Below, one piece after another: positions 60,031 to 64,000 of a stretch of 64,000 nucleotides of DNA. Source of the DNA: Takakia lepidozioides (Eukaryota > Plantae > Bryophyta); NCBI GenBank assembly GCA_030704615.1, contig CM060734.1, positions 6,324,001-6,388,000 on the forward strand, read 5' to 3'. The stretch's first letter is position 1; each line of letters begins with the position of its first letter. The notes under the pieces were generated by a model. It did not search any database and was not told where the DNA came from. It saw only the letters and a list, made by a program, of their open reading frames with translations. The translations under genes and the position numbers were made by a program.

Positions 60031-62339
60031 GAACCTCTCCCCGATCTCAACATAGCACGGGAAAGGGAGCTAATGGGAAAACAAGGTTAAATGTGAACCG
60101 CTGGATATTGGTTGATCAAGGGTAGCGATCCCCAAATGGATGAATGACATGGATGAAGAGCAACATTCATGAGGACTTAAAACGGCTCATGTATCAACTT
60201 AAGTTGGTCATGTCCCTGGATGGATGAAAGTTACAGATGGATGAAAATGATGAGGAAGAATGAAAATTGATGAAATCAACGGATGAGAGAGCACAGGCTG
60301 GATGAATTTATAGGATGGATGCAAAAGGGATGACATTACCAGGATGGATGAAATCAGAAGTATCCAGGTTTGCTTGGCCAACAAGCTTCCCATTAAATTT
60401 AATGATTAATTCCTAATTTTCCTATTGGCCCAACAGAAGCATAAAGAAGGCTTGGGGGAGTGGGAAGAAAGTAGTATCAATCGAGAGATTACCAGTGAGC
60501 GACTAGCACGATGTAGAGAGCACGGTTGAAGGCAGCCGTTAGAGTTGGAGAGCACAAAGATGGAGAGAAAATTAATAGTAGTGAGCGATGGACTCGAAGT
60601 TACAATTATTTGTTCCAAATTTGCAATCGTATCTAGTTCTTTCCGCTTTGTAATTGAGTGAAGCGACGACTTGATCTGATCAACCCTCTTGGAGTGTCAA
60701 GTGTAACGCTAATCTAGACAAGGGCTGGTAGGACGTCCAGTTTTTGTTTTGCTTTTCAAGTCCTTGGCTTTAGGATTCTACTCATTTGTTGGCAAATAGA
60801 TCTGCTCTAGTGAGATCCTATTGACCTATTTCCATGCTAGTCCTTTTTTATAGTAGAGAATAAAGATAATTCTCCCAATAGAACCTAACAATAGTGAAAT
60901 CAGAGCCTTGTATCCTCAGAAATTAATTTTTGAAATCAGTTTTCTTACACACCAATTGCAGATGTTGGGGACTTGGTCATTTTTCATGTAGGAAAGGGTT
61001 CTCATTTCTTTTATACAAAATCCATCTGCTTTAGAATATGTTCTTGGAAGCTTTCTATGCTAGTTCTTGTTGATAGCAAAGAATAAGGCTAATACTTACA
61101 ATAGGTACTAAGATTAGCCAGATCGGAGCCAGGGATTATAAGATAGGAAGTTTTGAAAGTAGTTGTTTTTAAACTGGAGCAACAAAAATTTATGGTGTAG
61201 AGTTATTTTCGGCTGATACGATTTGATCTACTTACTTCTGCTAGTAAGATATCTGAGTGGAGTCTTCTTTGAGTCATAAAATTAAGATTACTACAGCACT
61301 AGAATTTTGTAGTTCTAGTAATTATTTCCTGGGTTAAGAGATCTTAATTTCTAAAGTAGGTAGTATATGCTACAGAATTTGGGACTGTCATATCCATGAC
61401 ACTGATTCTGCAAAGACATATATGTTTGAACGATTTGAGCTATACCCTTTTTATGGAGCTTGATTCACAAACTAATTCCAAGATCTTGTTGAGTAAAGCT
61501 TAGGTTAGAGCTTCTGTTTTACAGCAAGTGAATTGAAGAATCTAGTAGGGACTTACGAATTTTTGAAAACAGGGAATTCTAACTGCCAGACCATATGAAA
61601 GAGTGAGATTTGACTATTGTGTTTAAATAACTAAAAGAAACCCTCTTATGACAACATTTCTAGGTTAGTTTGATGGTTAGTCTGGTAGTTTACACTTCCG
61701 GGGTTGGGGGTTTGACTCTTGCCGGCCGCAATTTATTTAGTTTTGCTTATCTGTTTAGAATCTTTGTAATAGCCCTATAAGTACTTAGATAGGCAGGTTG
61801 GTTTTAATATAACTTGAGGGACTTATCGGTTAGATAGTTGGTTTCCCTATAGTTCGTTTTGATTCTCTTCTTTTATTTTGGATAATATTAATATTTGTTT
61901 GTTGGGCTGATCTTTTCCTTAGAGTGATCTAATTGATTATATATTCTTGACTCACCTAAATTAATGGGTACTAGTAAAAACTAAATAAATCAATATCTCT
62001 ATCTTTTAAACATATACATAAAATTATTCAAAAAGAAAAGAAATAATAAAGTTGGTTAATTGAAATTAATTTTTTGTTGTTTACTGAATAAATAATATTT
62101 ACACTATAATATCTCTCCTCTAAAATAACCATAACCCTTTATACCAAGGGTATTCGCATTGCTTATTTCTGGACTATTGTTTTCATAAATACATCAATGA
62201 GTTAGTACTAACTGTTGGTTACAAATTACAAACGCAAACACTTATAACATAGAAAAATTATAATCCACACTAGCAGCACCCTTGGGGCTAGGCAGCGCCT
62301 TCGGGACCTAACCTAGCTCTGTCTAACACGAACCCTAAA

Positions 62340-62900
62340 TTAAGTATGCAACCTGTTAATGGGGTGCATTAATGGTTGATACACCGCATTCAATTGTGAC
62401 CGAGCTATATAAGTGGACACTTTCTTCAATGCCAATCGACTAACTGCGAACTTCATCCATTCCATTAACTGCGGTGGAGCCCCCCTTGAAGTAATCCTCA
62501 GGAACAAAAGACTCGTCCTTAAAACCATCGACATCAAAACCGGCCTGAGGCAGTAGCAAGACTTCCGTGACAGTACGCACATCCACTAATATCTCAATGT
62601 TATTGACTGTTCCAGTCCTAGTAACATGATCATAAGAATTATAGAATTGCATGACCGTGGCCATACTGGCCTTTGGCAGACTCTTCACAGACAATAACAA
62701 GAATTCTAACATCCCGGACTGTCTCCACAGTGCTCTCTGCTCACGACCGCCCAGAATCAAATTAATATCTCCTCCTCGCAACTCCCCTGCCATCATTGAA
62801 ACTGCTCCTAGCAAAGACTGCTGCACAGCTTTCTTCACCATCCTGATGACTTTCCTCACCTCTCGGAGAAACACTCTCTCTCTCCACTCACTGCACTCAC
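62340..62900 (-). pseudogene. Retroelement accessory-ORF-like fragment (similar fold motif to element B's extra ORF)
   Basis: VMQFYNSY..GTVNNIEILVDVRTVTEVLLLPQAG parallels MLQFLQNF..QARGVDIEITPQYLQQLFELPSG at ~33800. Confidence 0.4.
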
Positions 62901-64000
62901 ACTTCTTATTACGACAAACTATCTGAGCTGCAAGAACAATGGACAGACAGTGAAAATGGCAAGAAGGGCCCACTCCTATCTATCGCACATGATGGCTTAA
63001 CCTAACAGCTGTCATATACGACTACGATCGTCCTACAACCATAAAGAACTAACCGTCTCCTGTAAGTTAAAAATAGAGGTCCTAACACCCATGACACACA
63101 TCCCGTTAGTACTCCATTTATCCCAGACTGCAGCGGAAGAGAAAGCCTGGCATAACCGGGAATCTTTATTGTTTCTCTCAACATGTCATCTGCTTTCTTT
63201 GATTTATCATCCCCGGAGCGTGAAGTCGTGTCCTTGATCCGTGAGTCATTCACTTCTGTATACATCCAGCATCATTCTCCCATTGGCATGGCGGCCTGTC
63301 AGTAGAGCCTATGTTCAACCTTCAGATGACAATACGTGCTTCAAGCTTTGACATTCTCCAAGATGTGTGTGCAGCTATATGCTTAGTTGAATTGCTCCGC
63401 TATATGCTGTGTTAATTCATCTTCTAGCTATGACTCCATCGTGCTTGACAAACTTGCTTTATTTCGTTCTACGTGACTGCAAACCTGCTACTCTTTGTAA
63501 ATGTCGTTTCCAAATGCATTCTGTAACGGTTCATGATGTCTACTTCACAAGATCAGTTGCTAAATTTCTACTTCACACGTTCACATTCTGCTCATGTTCG
63601 CTTGCAATCAGGGGCCACGTCCGTTTACTTCACCACCCAACTAAATCTCAACAATGCGAGAGAGCCTGTTCAGCCCGAGCTGCTAGCTTTATACCTGCCT
63701 AATCATAGGCCTGATCCTATCCTCCACCGTCACACCACGTGCTAATTTAGTAACTAGAAACCAAAAATTAATAATCTACCTTCTTAGGCTTAAAGATTTA
63801 GTGGCCACTGGGTATTATTCCCCTCTGCGCCACATGCCTGCTCATTTCTAAATAAACACTAGGACGACGTGTACATCCCTATGTCCACCCTTTTCAGTGA
63901 TGCCACCTAGTCACTATTATTGTGGCCACACCACTTCCTAAATCGTCGCTGAGCAGTTTGTCTTATTTCTACAACCTCATCCTTAGGTAATGAAAAATTA

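Noticed and set aside
60092-62158. Possible ~2.07-kb LTR (TGTGAA...TTCGCA)
   Set aside because: Flanks TTAAA and TTGCT do not form a TSD, and there is no partner LTR or PBS in the window.
62266-62320. Possible Helitron 3' end (CTAG with a GC-rich stem) on the minus strand
   Set aside because: The hairpin is imperfect and there is no Rep/helicase or 5' TC end to support it.

Overview
A transposon-dense window from a land-plant nuclear genome, probably a non-seed plant such as a bryophyte. That inference rests on an 18S rDNA fragment, a PLS-type PPR remnant, an F-box/kelch pseudogene and the retroelement motifs. I see no intact host gene. From left to right: (1) a piggyBac transposon (TTAA|CCC end, DDD transposase) split by a chromovirus solo LTR; (2) a ~10.7 kb CACTA element with a TnpD-type transposase, two SET-domain coding segments and a captured methyltransferase 5' fragment; (3) a TnpA-like remnant; (4) a Mutator-like (MULE) family with a GGGGCTGCTATTTCATGAGCC end, a GCM-like/DDE transposase and three diverged copies of an unrecognised 'CCQW' gene; (5) a 24 kb Ty3/gypsy element with 2.4 kb LTRs, unusual termini and a second degenerate RNase H; (6) inside it, an Athila-like element with a large extra ORF, whose 5' junction is crossed by a 1.06 kb inversion; (7) two head-to-head chromovirus copies; (8) a patchwork of host fragments. 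The most novel candidates are the 24 kb element's end structure, which fits integration through a 2-LTR circle with a pre-encoded palindromic att site; the CACTA SET-domain protein, which may share exon 1 with the transposase; and the MULE-borne CCQW family. All calls come from reading motifs by eye; no searches were run.
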